A stretch of DNA of 64,000 nucleotides from Candidatus Saccharimonadales bacterium (GTDB lineage: Bacteria > Patescibacteriota > Saccharimonadia > Saccharimonadales > Saccharimonadaceae). Within the stretch, counting starts at the first letter, position 1; each line of letters starts with the position of its first letter. The position numbers and the translations under genes are program-made. Positions 36,728-46,469 of the stretch are shown piece after piece. The stretch lies in NCBI GenBank assembly GCA_034677945.1, contig JAXDCN010000069.1:4387-68386 (forward strand), written 5' to 3'. A model generated the notes under the pieces. The model had not been told where the DNA came from. It did no database searches and saw nothing but the letters and a program-made list of their open reading frames with translations.

Positions 36728-38259
36728 TTGTTGCTGTTTTGCTGTTTACGGCGGATTATATTGGCGGCGCTGGTGATCTTTTGAGTAATGCCCATTTGTT
36801 TGAGTTGGGAGCGAAGTTTAGCGCGGGCGTGAGTTGTCTTTACTAATTCCATCCAATCCTGTTTCGGCTGAGACAAGGACCGAGTTATGACTTCGACGAC
36901 GTCGCCGTTTTGGAGCGGCTTGTCGAAAGGTTTGATGTTACCGTTGACCTTGAAGCTATAAGCATGTTTGGCAATGTCAGTGTGCACCAGATAGGCAAAA
37001 TCCAACGGTAAGGCACCCTCGGGCAGATTATAAATGTCGCCCTTTGGTGAATAGACAAAGATACGATTGCCGAATAAATCAATATTTAATTGGTCCTTGG
37101 AAATCTCTTCGTTGTTTTTCAATTTGGCCGCGATTTCCTGCAGTTGAGTTATCCATTGCAAGTTGCTGGGCAGGGTCGAAGTCTTCCTTTTTTTTGCGTA
37201 ATCTTTCGATTCTTTTTGGTCGTGATAATGGAAGCTGGCGGCCAGTCCGCGTTCGGCGTATTCATGCATCTCTTGGGTTCGTATTTGGAATTCGACGATC
37301 TGTTTGCTCGGTGTAATTACAGTAGTGTGGAGGCTTTGATAACCGTTCGGTTTTGGAGCCGCGATGTAATCCTTGATACGGCTAATCATCGGCTGATATA
37401 AAGAATGTAAAATACCGAGTACGTGATAACACTCTTCTTTCTTGTCGACGATTATCCGTAGTGCCATTAGATCGTAGATATCATCAATGTTGCCGCCAAC
37501 CTTGGCTAGTTTATTATAGAGGCTGTAAATGCTTTTTACGCGCCCGTCGATCGTGGCTTTGACGCCCTCTTTTTCAAGAGTCTTCATGACTTCGTTCCTG
37601 ATATCGCCAAGTTTACGAGTGCTTTTACCGAGCCGTTTTTTCATCATGATTTTCAGGCGGTTGAATTCTTTCGGGTCCAAATAACTGAAAGCTAGCTCTT
37701 CGATTTGCATTCTGACGCGGCCCATACCTAGCCGGTCGGCCATCGGCCCGAATACCTCTAGCGATTCACGGGCTATCTTTACCTGTTTTTCGTGGGGCAG
37801 GTATTGGAGGGTCTGTAAATTATGCAAACGGTCGGCTAACTTGATAATAATGACGCGGATATCCTGGCCAATGGCAATCAGTAATTTTGACAAGTTGTCT
37901 TTGGTTGACGGCAGGTAATGCGACAGGTCCTGCATGCCGGCGCGAGCTTTGGAGACCTTGGTGACTCCGTCGACTAAAAATGCGACGTCACGGCCGAATA
38001 TGCTTTCGATTTGGGCGAGTGTAATATCTGAATCTTCGACGGTGTCATGAAGCAGCCCGGCTATCACGCTGTCGATATCCATGCCCCAAGAGACTAAGAT
38101 GTCGGCAACCGACAAGGGGTGGATGATGTAAGGGTCGCCGCTGGCACGTTTGTGGCCGCTATGGGCTTGGGTTGCAAAATCAATCGCATGATCAAGTTCA
38201 AGAATCTGATTTTCGCTGTAGTGAGGTTTGGCATTTTCGATTAGTTCAATTTTTTTCAT
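36724..38259 (-). CDS. rel: RelA/SpoT-homolog (p)ppGpp synthetase/hydrolase, short form
   Basis: HD hydrolase motif (HPLSVA...LHDTVEDS), a synthetase core (YQSLHTTV, EFQIRT) and a TGS domain (VYSPKGDIYNLPEGALPLDFAY). The protein ends about 45 aa after TGS. Confidence 0.9.
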   Translation of the reverse strand: MKKIELIENAKPHYSENQILELDHAIDFATQAHSGHKRASGDPYIIHPLSVADILVSWGMDIDSVIAGLLHDTVEDSDITLAQIESIFGRDVAFLVDGVTKVSKARAGMQDLSHYLPSTKDNLSKLLIAIGQDIRVIIIKLADRLHNLQTLQYLPHEKQVKIARESLEVFGPMADRLGMGRVRMQIEELAFSYLDPKEFNRLKIMMKKRLGKSTRKLGDIRNEVMKTLEKEGVKATIDGRVKSIYSLYNKLAKVGGNIDDIYDLMALRIIVDKKEECYHVLGILHSLYQPMISRIKDYIAAPKPNGYQSLHTTVITPSKQIVEFQIRTQEMHEYAERGLAASFHYHDQKESKDYAKKRKTSTLPSNLQWITQLQEIAAKLKNNEEISKDQLNIDLFGNRIFVYSPKGDIYNLPEGALPLDFAYLVHTDIAKHAYSFKVNGNIKPFDKPLQNGDVVEVITRSLSQPKQDWMELVKTTHARAKLRSQLKQMGITQKITSAANIIRRKQQNSNK

Positions 38260-38374
38260 AATTTACCTCTTTAATTATTATACGTTATTTATTCAGTTAG
38301 TTATGCAGTTTGGCCTGAAAAATATTCAAGCCAAGACAAAGTATCAATAAATGGGTATTAATATCGGTCAAAGC

Positions 38375-38404
38375 TTGCACAACAGGCCCCATAACGCTTA
38401 TACT
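38375..38404 (+). promoter_or_regulatory. Sigma70-like promoter placing the TSS at the rpiB ATG (leaderless)
   Basis: TTGCAC (38375-38380), an 18-nt spacer, TATACT (38399-38404), then 7 nt to ATG 38412. No SD is present. Confidence 0.5.
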
Positions 38405-38411
38405 TCATATT

Positions 38412-38861
38412 ATGAAAATATATATCGGCTGCGACCATGGCGGCTTTCATTTGAAAGAAAAAGTTTTTGCATATTTAGTCAAGCACGGCTATGACGTCGA
38501 GGACGTAGGCGACAAGACGCTTGATCCGAATGACGATTTTCCTCAGTTCGCACAAGCCGCTGCTTTCAAGGTAATCAGCAGCGAAGATGCCGACCCAAGA
38601 AGCATATTGATTTGTACCGGCGGCCAAGGCATGGCGATGGCGGCTAACCGTTTCCGCAGTATCAGAGCAAGCGTCATTTGGGATGCGTTTGAGGCCAAAG
38701 AGTGCCGCAATGATAACAACAGTAATGTACTTTGCTTGCCCGCCCGACTATTGCAAGACGACGATAAAGCCTGGCAAGGAATAATCGAGACTTGGCTGAA
38801 CACCCCTTTCGCAGGAGCAGTACGCTTTAAGCGCCGAAACGCGCAGATCGACGAGTTTTAA
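38412..38861 (+). CDS. rpiB: Ribose-5-phosphate isomerase B
   Basis: MKIYIGCDHGGFHLKE and CTGGQGMAMAANR blocks. Confidence 0.9.
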   Translation: MKIYIGCDHGGFHLKEKVFAYLVKHGYDVEDVGDKTLDPNDDFPQFAQAAAFKVISSEDADPRSILICTGGQGMAMAANRFRSIRASVIWDAFEAKECRNDNNSNVLCLPARLLQDDDKAWQGIIETWLNTPFAGAVRFKRRNAQIDEF

Positions 38862-39506
38862 ATGACTAGCATTGCCCCTTGTGTCATGACCGAAACGACC
38901 GAAAAATTTCTTGAAAGCGTCAAAAAATTCGAACCGTTTGCGATGCGCGTACATATTGATATCAGCGACGGCGAATTTGCGCCGGTCATATTGATTGATC
39001 CGGACCAATTAAAATGGCCGTCTCAATGGACCGTTGATATCCATGCCATGGTCATGAACCCAATGGACTATGTAGACAAGCTGATCGCGCTCAAACCGCA
39101 CACCATCATATTTCATGCCGAGACGGCGATTGATTTAGTGCCGGTGTTTGACATGATTAAAAAAGCCGGCATCAATGCCGGTTTGGCATTATTAAAATCT
39201 ACCGTACCCGAAACGGTCGAAGAAGAGATTAAGGCTGCCGACCACGTCCTGATATTTTCGGGAGATTTAGGCCACTTCGGCGGTACGGCCAGTTTCATGC
39301 AGATAGAAAAAATCCGTTTGGTAAAGAATATCAATCCAAAAGTAGAAATCGGTTGGGACGGCGGCGTAAGCGTTGACAATGCTTTCACCTTGACCCAGGG
39401 CGGAGTCGACGTACTTAACGTCGGCGGAGCCATCAATAACGCCGATGATCCTGCTCGTGTTTATGCTACACTGATTGAAGAAATAAAAAAGCAAGGAGTA
39501 ATCTAA
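38862..39506 (+). CDS. rpe: Ribulose-phosphate 3-epimerase-like TIM-barrel protein (divergent)
   Basis: HIDISDGEFAP resembles the Rpe HxDxMDGxFVP block, and GWDGGV occurs later. Its position in the pentose-phosphate operon supports the call. The start abuts the rpiB stop (TAAATG). Confidence 0.6.
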   Translation: MTSIAPCVMTETTEKFLESVKKFEPFAMRVHIDISDGEFAPVILIDPDQLKWPSQWTVDIHAMVMNPMDYVDKLIALKPHTIIFHAETAIDLVPVFDMIKKAGINAGLALLKSTVPETVEEEIKAADHVLIFSGDLGHFGGTASFMQIEKIRLVKNINPKVEIGWDGGVSVDNAFTLTQGGVDVLNVGGAINNADDPARVYATLIEEIKKQGVI

Positions 39507-39510
39507 AGAG

Positions 39511-40371
39511 GTGGGCGGACGATTAACGGTGACTCAGTTAGAGCGCAAGGCAAATATGCTGCGCCAAGACATTATTAACATGCTAGAGGCGGCCGGCAGC
39601 GGCCATACCGCCGGATCTTTGGATTTGGCCGACATTGTTGCTGCGCTTTATTTCAATATCATGAATATTGATCCCAATAATCCGGATTGGCCGGATCGTG
39701 ACGTGTTCTTTCTTAGTAACGGACATACGGTCCCCGTTCAGTATGCTGCCATGGCCGAAGCCGGTTATTTTGAAAAGGACGAACTGAAAACTTTGCGTAA
39801 ACTTGGGACCCGTTTGCAGGGTCATCCTGAAAGGGTAAAACTGCCGGGTATCGAAAACACTAGCGGACCTTTAGGCAGCGGTTTGTCGCAAGCTGCAGGC
39901 TATGCATACTCATTGCAGTACCTTGATAACAGTAAGCACCGTTTTGTTTATTGCATTATGGGAGACGGTGAACTTGATGAGGGGAACGTTTGGGAAGCTG
40001 CCATGTTTGCCGGCAAGTACAAACTTACTCAATTGATTGCCTTTATCGATCGCAATAATATTCAAATCGACGGCTGTACCGAAGAAGTGATGCCGCTAGA
40101 GAATTTACATGACAAATGGAAGTCGTTCGGTTGGTACGTAATCGAAATTGACGGTCACAATATCAAAGCCATCATTGATGCGGTCGACACGGCCAAAGCT
40201 ATTACTAACAAACCGACCGTGATAATAGCCCACACGATCGCAGGCAAGGGCGTTGATTTCATGGAATACGACTATAAATGGCACGGCGTCGCGCCGAATA
40301 GCGACCAGGCCAAAGACGCCTTGCACGCACTACGCATTGCCGAAGTTAAGATTACGGGAGGGGACGAATAA
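39511..40371 (+). CDS. Transketolase, N-terminal subunit
   Basis: AGSGHTAGSL, GHPE and the ThDP-binding GDGELDEGNVWEA...N block. It is the first half of a split gene. The start is GTG. Confidence 0.9.
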   Translation: MGGRLTVTQLERKANMLRQDIINMLEAAGSGHTAGSLDLADIVAALYFNIMNIDPNNPDWPDRDVFFLSNGHTVPVQYAAMAEAGYFEKDELKTLRKLGTRLQGHPERVKLPGIENTSGPLGSGLSQAAGYAYSLQYLDNSKHRFVYCIMGDGELDEGNVWEAAMFAGKYKLTQLIAFIDRNNIQIDGCTEEVMPLENLHDKWKSFGWYVIEIDGHNIKAIIDAVDTAKAITNKPTVIIAHTIAGKGVDFMEYDYKWHGVAPNSDQAKDALHALRIAEVKITGGDE

Positions 40372-40373
40372 TT

Positions 40374-41366
40374 ATGAGCCAGTATTTTCTTAATCCGAAA
40401 GTATATGACGAGGATGTCGAACAGGATACGATAAGGGCCGGATTTGGCCGCGGTCTAAAAGCGGCGGGCGAAAAGAACGACCAGATCGTAGCTCTTTGTG
40501 CCGATCTGACTGAAAGCACTCAAATCAGTATCTTTAGCGAGGATTTCCCGGGCCGCTTCATACAGACCGGTATCGCCGAACAGAATTTGGTTGCGGTGGC
40601 CAGCGGTTTAGCGGCGGCCGGCAAGATTCCGTTTGCCAGCAGCTACGCGGCTTTTAACCCCGGGCGCAGTTGGGAACAAGTAAAAACTACCGTCGCATTG
40701 AATGAACAGCCGGTCAAAGTCGTCGGCGGTCATGCCGGTATCGGCGTCGGTCCTGACGGTGCAACCCATCAGATGCTAGAAGACATCGCCTTGATGCGGG
40801 TTTTACCGAACATGGTCGTAGTCGTGCCGGGCGACAGCATCGAAGCCGAAAAAGCGACGAAGGCAATCGCCGAAAACGGCAAACCCAGTTACATTCGTTT
40901 GGCGCGCCCAAAATCGCCGATATTCAGCACCGAACAGTCGCCGTTTGAAATCGGCAAAGCCTATGTTCTGCGTGAAGGCAGTGACGTCAGTCTGCTTGGA
41001 ACAGGTATGATGACCTATCAATTACTGATGGCCGCTCGAATACTGGATGAACGCGGTATCAATGCCGAGGTCGTACACGTACCGACAATCAAACCTTTGG
41101 ACGGTGACACGATTGTATCAAGCGCGCGTAAAACCGGCCGTGTCGTTACGGCCGAAGAAGCTCAAATTGCCGGCGGTTTCGGCGGGGCAGTAGCCGAATT
41201 ATTAAGCGAAAAATTACCGACGCCGCTAATGAGGCTAGGTATTGAGGATAGGTTCGGCGAGAGCGGCGAACCAATGGAATTGTTTGATTTCTTCGGTTTG
41301 ACCGGCGAACACATTGCCAAAAAAGTAGAAGATTACGTGCATAGTACGCCGCAATACCATCAATAA
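40374..41366 (+). CDS. Transketolase, C-terminal subunit
   Basis: The Pyr domain (FIQTGIAEQNLV, GATHQMLEDIALMR) followed by the C-terminal domain. Confidence 0.9.
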   Translation: MSQYFLNPKVYDEDVEQDTIRAGFGRGLKAAGEKNDQIVALCADLTESTQISIFSEDFPGRFIQTGIAEQNLVAVASGLAAAGKIPFASSYAAFNPGRSWEQVKTTVALNEQPVKVVGGHAGIGVGPDGATHQMLEDIALMRVLPNMVVVVPGDSIEAEKATKAIAENGKPSYIRLARPKSPIFSTEQSPFEIGKAYVLREGSDVSLLGTGMMTYQLLMAARILDERGINAEVVHVPTIKPLDGDTIVSSARKTGRVVTAEEAQIAGGFGGAVAELLSEKLPTPLMRLGIEDRFGESGEPMELFDFFGLTGEHIAKKVEDYVHSTPQYHQ

Positions 41367-41383
41367 TAAAAAGGAGAATACAT

Positions 41384-42301
41384 ATGGGCATGACCATCGA
41401 CCAAATTCGTGACAATACTGCTCGAGCCAGAAGATTAATGCAGCGCAGCCGTGAACAACACTTTGCAGTCGGGGCATTTAATATTGACAATCAGGAAACT
41501 TTGATTGCAATTGCCAAAGCAGCAAAAAAGCTGAACTCGCCTGTATTAGTCGAAGTCAGTAAAAGCGAAGTTTCGTTCATGGGTCTTCAGAATGTTCGCG
41601 ACATGGTTAATAACTACAAGGCTGAATACGGTATTGAAATGTATATCAACCTTGATCACAGTCCGACCGTCGAAGATTGCAAGAAAGCAATCGATGCCGG
41701 TTTTGAATTTATCCATATTGATATTAGCCAGGGTGATCATGATGCGACTGATGAACAAATAATCAGTCAGACTCGTGAAGTAGTAGAGTATGCCAAGACT
41801 ACAGGCGCGCTGGTCGAAGGCGAGCCGCATTATTTTGGCGGATCGTCCGACGTCTTTACTGAAAATTTCGATTACGAAGAAATTAAAAAGACATTCAGTA
41901 CGCCGGAAGGCGCCAAAGCTTTCGTTGACGCGACAGGTATCAATGTCTATGCCGCGGCTATTGGCAATCTGCACGGCAAATATCCGGTTCCAAAAATTTT
42001 GGATATTGAACTGCTGCGTCGGATTCGCGATGGAATCGACCACGAGACATTAATCAGTCTGCACGGCGGCAGTGATACGCCGCTCCATTATTTCGAAGAT
42101 GCTGCCCATATTGGCATCAGTAAAATCAATGTCAACACGGACTTGCGTTTTGCATTCCGAACTACGCTCGATAAAGTTTTAGCTGAAAATCCGGATCAAT
42201 ATGCCGTCGTGAAACTAATGCCGCAGGTCATGGACGCGGTCCAATCGGTCGTCGAAGAAAAAATTCACGCCTTTGGCAGCGAAGGCAAGGCTGAAATTTA
42301 A
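41384..42301 (+). CDS. fba: Class II fructose/tagatose-bisphosphate aldolase
   Basis: NLDHS, IGNLHGKY and LHGGS blocks. SD AAAAGGAG. Confidence 0.85.
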   Translation: MGMTIDQIRDNTARARRLMQRSREQHFAVGAFNIDNQETLIAIAKAAKKLNSPVLVEVSKSEVSFMGLQNVRDMVNNYKAEYGIEMYINLDHSPTVEDCKKAIDAGFEFIHIDISQGDHDATDEQIISQTREVVEYAKTTGALVEGEPHYFGGSSDVFTENFDYEEIKKTFSTPEGAKAFVDATGINVYAAAIGNLHGKYPVPKILDIELLRRIRDGIDHETLISLHGGSDTPLHYFEDAAHIGISKINVNTDLRFAFRTTLDKVLAENPDQYAVVKLMPQVMDAVQSVVEEKIHAFGSEGKAEI

Positions 42302-43266
42302 TGGTCAAGATGCTGACAATCGGCGCAGCGGTTCAGGATGTCTTTTTAAGCCATAGCCCGGAATTAAAGCCAGTGTCTGATAAAACTGCCGACGAGTTTT
42401 TTTTGAAGATCGAACTTGGATCGAAAAACGACGTCAATAATATTAATTTCAGTACCGGCGGCGGTGCTACGAATGCGGCGGTGACTTTTGCCAGACAAGG
42501 ACTGGAAGTTCAGTTCATGGGCACGATCGGGCATGACCCGGCAGGTAACGCGGTACTGGAAGATTTAGATAAAGAAGGCGTTGATACGTCAAAAATCAGT
42601 TTTTCCGATAAATACAATACAGGTTATTCGGTGGTGTTATTAGCATCGACCGGCGAGCGTTCTTTTTTGACATATCGCGGCGCGTCGACCCATTACGATA
42701 TAAATAATTTTGATCTTGCCGGAACTAACGCCGATTGGTTATATGTATCAAGCATGGCCGGTTGCATGGACGCACTGGATAATATCTTTTCGCAAGCCAA
42801 ACAGTTGGGAATGAAGATATTCTTTAACCCCGGCAAAAATGAACTTAGGCAAATCCCGAAATTAAAAGCGCTCTTAGAGGACGTCGATGTATTGTCATTA
42901 AACCACGAAGAGGCGCAATTAATAGTCGAAGGCCAGGAATTAGAAGAATTAGTCCGAAAACTGTTGCATTATGTATCGGTTGCCATCGTCAGTGACGGGC
43001 CGAACGGTGTAATTGCCACCGACGGCGATACGATTGTCAGGGCCGGCATGTACGAAGACGTCAAGGTTATTGATAGGACTGGCGCAGGCGATGCCTTTGG
43101 GTCGGGCTTTTTGAGCAAATGGGCGATTGGAAAATCACTCAAAGATTCGATTGTTTTCGCCAGTGCGAACTCGACTTCGGTAGTCAGAAAGATCGGGGCC
43201 AAGGCCGGTATCTTGCACAAGGACGTGGTATTACATGCCATGCCTTTGCATGAAAAACGGTTCTAA
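42301..43266 (+). CDS. PfkB/ribokinase-family carbohydrate kinase
   Basis: GGGATNAA and DRTGAGDAFGSGF blocks. It overlaps fba through a TAATG junction. Confidence 0.8.
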   Translation: MVKMLTIGAAVQDVFLSHSPELKPVSDKTADEFFLKIELGSKNDVNNINFSTGGGATNAAVTFARQGLEVQFMGTIGHDPAGNAVLEDLDKEGVDTSKISFSDKYNTGYSVVLLASTGERSFLTYRGASTHYDINNFDLAGTNADWLYVSSMAGCMDALDNIFSQAKQLGMKIFFNPGKNELRQIPKLKALLEDVDVLSLNHEEAQLIVEGQELEELVRKLLHYVSVAIVSDGPNGVIATDGDTIVRAGMYEDVKVIDRTGAGDAFGSGFLSKWAIGKSLKDSIVFASANSTSVVRKIGAKAGILHKDVVLHAMPLHEKRF

Positions 43267-43278
43267 TTGAAATAGGAA

Positions 43279-43806
43279 ATGTCTAAGTATTTACAAACAT
43301 TGCTTGGAAATTCTGGGACCGTGTTTAGCGCGGGACTAAATAAACTGGAAAAAAATACCGGTCATTCTGGAGTCGACACTCGTTTGATTGCCGATATTAT
43401 CGAACGGTCTCATATTGTTATGCGCCGGCTAGGTCTTGATACGCGCGATACGACCGGCCGTGAATTATATATGACCCTAAACGAAGCGATAAAACGCGGC
43501 GAGGGCGAATCGTTACTGATGGATACGGATTTTGTGTTAGTGTCCATTGATGATACGATTATTTCTTTCAATTTGATCGACGTTATTGAAAATATGCATC
43601 ACGGTTTGCCGTTCGGGCGGCATATTATTAATCATGGGCAACGCGCTCTGCGCGGAGAACTGGTTGGCCGCTACTTGGACCACGCTCGTTCCAGCGAAGC
43701 CGCGACACGTGAAATTTTGTCGATGATTGGTTTACTCCCCGAACACGATGCATGGTATAATGATTTTAAGCATAAGAAGAAACAGACAGGGAATCATACC
43801 AAGTGA
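43279..43806 (+). CDS. Hypothetical protein
   Basis: The 175-aa ORF has no motif I recognise. It is coupled to the next gene through a GTGA overlap. Confidence 0.55.
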   Translation: MSKYLQTLLGNSGTVFSAGLNKLEKNTGHSGVDTRLIADIIERSHIVMRRLGLDTRDTTGRELYMTLNEAIKRGEGESLLMDTDFVLVSIDDTIISFNLIDVIENMHHGLPFGRHIINHGQRALRGELVGRYLDHARSSEAATREILSMIGLLPEHDAWYNDFKHKKKQTGNHTK

Positions 43807-44411
43807 GATATCAAATTTGTGTGTCAGGAGCAGCCTTAGGTAGTACGGTATCGGCATCGCACCAGCTGGCGTATGATTTAGGTGAGGCTATTGCGAAGTC
43901 CGGCAAGACATTGCTGACCGGCGCCACCGTGGGTTTACCGTGGTTCGCAGCCCAAGGCGCTTTCAGTGTCAAAGACCGCGAAGGTGTCTCGATTGGATTT
44001 TCTCCGGCCAGTTCGTTTCGCGAACATGTCACGGTCTATAGGTTGCCGACCGTCGAATTTGACTACATCAATTTTACAGGCATGGCGTATGTCGGCCGTA
44101 ATATCCATTTAGTGCGCAGTAGTGACGCGGTCATAACCGTTGGCGGACGAATGGGCAGTTTGCATGAATTTTCGACCGCGCTTGAAAGCCAAAAAATCAT
44201 CGGCGTACTGCTGGGCAGCGGCGGCTTGGCTGACTACGTTCCAACCTTGTTGCAGAATATCGAAGCTCCCGACGTCAAAAATGTCATATACGATACAGAC
44301 CCGGTCAGATTAGTCGATAAAGTCGTCAAAGCTCTTGACGCAAAGTATGTCGATTTCAAGCACGACGGCACTGATGGCAATATAAATCATATCCACACCG
44401 ATATCGACTGA
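43803..44411 (+). CDS. LOG / TIGR00725-like Rossmann-fold nucleotide-binding protein
   Basis: LLTGATVGLPWFAAQGA and VITVGGRMGSLHEF resemble the LOG GGGxGxM and PGGxGTxxE blocks. Confidence 0.55.
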   Translation: MRYQICVSGAALGSTVSASHQLAYDLGEAIAKSGKTLLTGATVGLPWFAAQGAFSVKDREGVSIGFSPASSFREHVTVYRLPTVEFDYINFTGMAYVGRNIHLVRSSDAVITVGGRMGSLHEFSTALESQKIIGVLLGSGGLADYVPTLLQNIEAPDVKNVIYDTDPVRLVDKVVKALDAKYVDFKHDGTDGNINHIHTDID

Positions 44412-44432
44412 GATTTATTTATAGAACAATAG

Positions 44433-44438
44433 TATAAT
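44433..44438 (+). promoter_or_regulatory. -10 element 7 nt upstream of the uvrB ATG (leaderless geometry)
   Basis: TATAAT at 44433-44438, then TGACTAG, then ATG 44446. No SD, and the -35 is weak. Confidence 0.45.
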
Positions 44439-44445
44439 TGACTAG

Positions 44446-46413
44446 ATGGAGCAGAGATTTCGTCTAGAGAGTGAATATCAGCCGACGGGCGATCAGCCGG
44501 CCGCAATCAAACAGTTGATTGACGGTCTGCATGCTAATGTCAAGGAACAGACGCTACTAGGCGTGACCGGCAGCGGCAAGACTTTCACGATGGCTAATAT
44601 CATTGCCGATAGGCAAGTTCCGACGCTAGTGCTAGCGCACAATAAAACGTTAGCCGCGCAGCTTTTCAGTGAATTTAAGGCCTTTTTCCCGGACAACGAA
44701 GTCCATTATTTTGTCAGCTATTTCGACTACTATCAGCCGGAAGCATATATCGTCAGCAGTGATACGTATATCGAAAAAGATAGCAAAATCAACGAAGAAA
44801 TCGATCGTTTGCGTCATGCGGCCACGACAGCATTGTTGACTAGGCGCGATACGATAATTGTTGCCAGCGTCAGTTGTATTTACGGCATAGGCTCGCCTGA
44901 AAATTATGCCGATATGTCTATTTCGATAAAAAAAGGCGAGCGTCGTCAGCAAGACAAATTTGTGCGACTGTTGACCGATATCCAATATCATCGCAACGAT
45001 ATCGATTTCCACCGCGGTACGTTCAGAGTCCGGGGCGACATTGTCGACGTTTTTCCGGCCGGTTGCGATGTCGGCTATCGGGCCGAATTTTACGGCGACC
45101 TGGTCGAAAGAATTACCAGAATTGATCCGCTGACAGGCGAAATATTAGGCGAACCGAACGAATTAAAAATCTTTCCTAACAGCCATTTCGTCACGCCGAA
45201 AGAAAAAATTAGTTTTGCTATCGAAGGGATTAAGAAAGAACTTGACGAACGCCTGGATTGGTTCGAGAAAAATAACAAACTGCTGGAAGCCCAGCGTTTG
45301 AGCCAACGCACCAAATTCGACCTAGAGATGTTGGAAGAAACAGGTTTTGTCAAAGGCATCGAAAATTACAGCCGCTATCTGACGAACCGTGAGCCCGGCG
45401 AACAACCGGCGACTTTGTTAGATTATTTCCCGGACAACTTTTTGATGTTCGTTGACGAAAGTCATATGACTTTGCCGCAAGTGCGCGGCATGTACAATGG
45501 TGATCGCGCGCGCAAAGAAGTGTTGGTCGAACACGGCTTTCGCTTGCCGTCGGCGCTAGATAATCGGCCGCTGACGTATCAGGAATTCAATCATCATATC
45601 AATAATGTTATTTACGTTTCGGCAACGCCTGGCGAATACGAACTGTCCCACAGTCCAAAGCCGGCCGAGCAAGTCATCAGGCCGACCGGCCTAGTCGATC
45701 CAGATGTGTCGGTCCGTCCGACTAAAGGCCAGATTGACAATCTGATTGCCGAAATCCGCGATCGTGTTTCTGCCAAACAGCGGGTATTAGTCACGACACT
45801 GACCAAACGGATGGCCGAAGATTTGTCGGATTATTTGAAAGATTTGGACATAAAAACGGCATACATACACAGCGAAATCGATACCTTGGAGCGCGGTGAT
45901 ATTTTGCGCGATTTAAGAGGCGGCGTGTATGATGTTTTGGTCGGTATTAACCTACTGCGCGAAGGGTTGGATTTACCTGAAGTCAGTTTGGTCGCAATCA
46001 TGGACGCCGACAAAGAAGGGTTCTTGCGCAGCGAGGGTGCCTTGATACAAACTAGCGGCCGGGCCGCCAGGCATATCGATGGCAAGGTCATTATGTATGC
46101 CGATAATATGACGGATTCCATGAAGCGGGCTCTTGCCGAGATGGATCGTCGCCGTAACATTCAAATTAACTATAACAAGGAACATAATATTACGCCTGAA
46201 AGCATCGTCAGGGAAATAGGCGAAGGTCTTAGGGCGATTGTTCCGAAAAAAGCCGAAGAGCCAAAATTGAATTTTAACAAGATTCCGCGCGAAGAAATCC
46301 CGCATCTGATTGATGAACTGACGGCTCAAATGGAACTGGCAAGCGCCAATTTGGAATTCGAAAAAGCCGCCGAACTGCGTGATTTGGTTATCGAACTAAG
46401 AAATAAACAATAG
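44446..46413 (+). CDS. uvrB: Excinuclease ABC subunit B
   Basis: [21 protein letters not shown], helicase motifs, and the C-terminal UVR motif ([10 protein letters not shown]). Confidence 0.97.
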   Translation: MEQRFRLESEYQPTGDQPAAIKQLIDGLHANVKEQTLLGVTGSGKTFTMANIIADRQVPTLVLAHNKTLAAQLFSEFKAFFPDNEVHYFVSYFDYYQPEAYIVSSDTYIEKDSKINEEIDRLRHAATTALLTRRDTIIVASVSCIYGIGSPENYADMSISIKKGERRQQDKFVRLLTDIQYHRNDIDFHRGTFRVRGDIVDVFPAGCDVGYRAEFYGDLVERITRIDPLTGEILGEPNELKIFPNSHFVTPKEKISFAIEGIKKELDERLDWFEKNNKLLEAQRLSQRTKFDLEMLEETGFVKGIENYSRYLTNREPGEQPATLLDYFPDNFLMFVDESHMTLPQVRGMYNGDRARKEVLVEHGFRLPSALDNRPLTYQEFNHHINNVIYVSATPGEYELSHSPKPAEQVIRPTGLVDPDVSVRPTKGQIDNLIAEIRDRVSAKQRVLVTTLTKRMAEDLSDYLKDLDIKTAYIHSEIDTLERGDILRDLRGGVYDVLVGINLLREGLDLPEVSLVAIMDADKEGFLRSEGALIQTSGRAARHIDGKVIMYADNMTDSMKRALAEMDRRRNIQINYNKEHNITPESIVREIGEGLRAIVPKKAEEPKLNFNKIPREEIPHLIDELTAQMELASANLEFEKAAELRDLVIELRNKQ

Positions 46414-46469
46414 GCTGTCCAGGTTCTTTGTCGTTTGCGCTCGTGTTTATAAATTGCTATAAATAAAGA

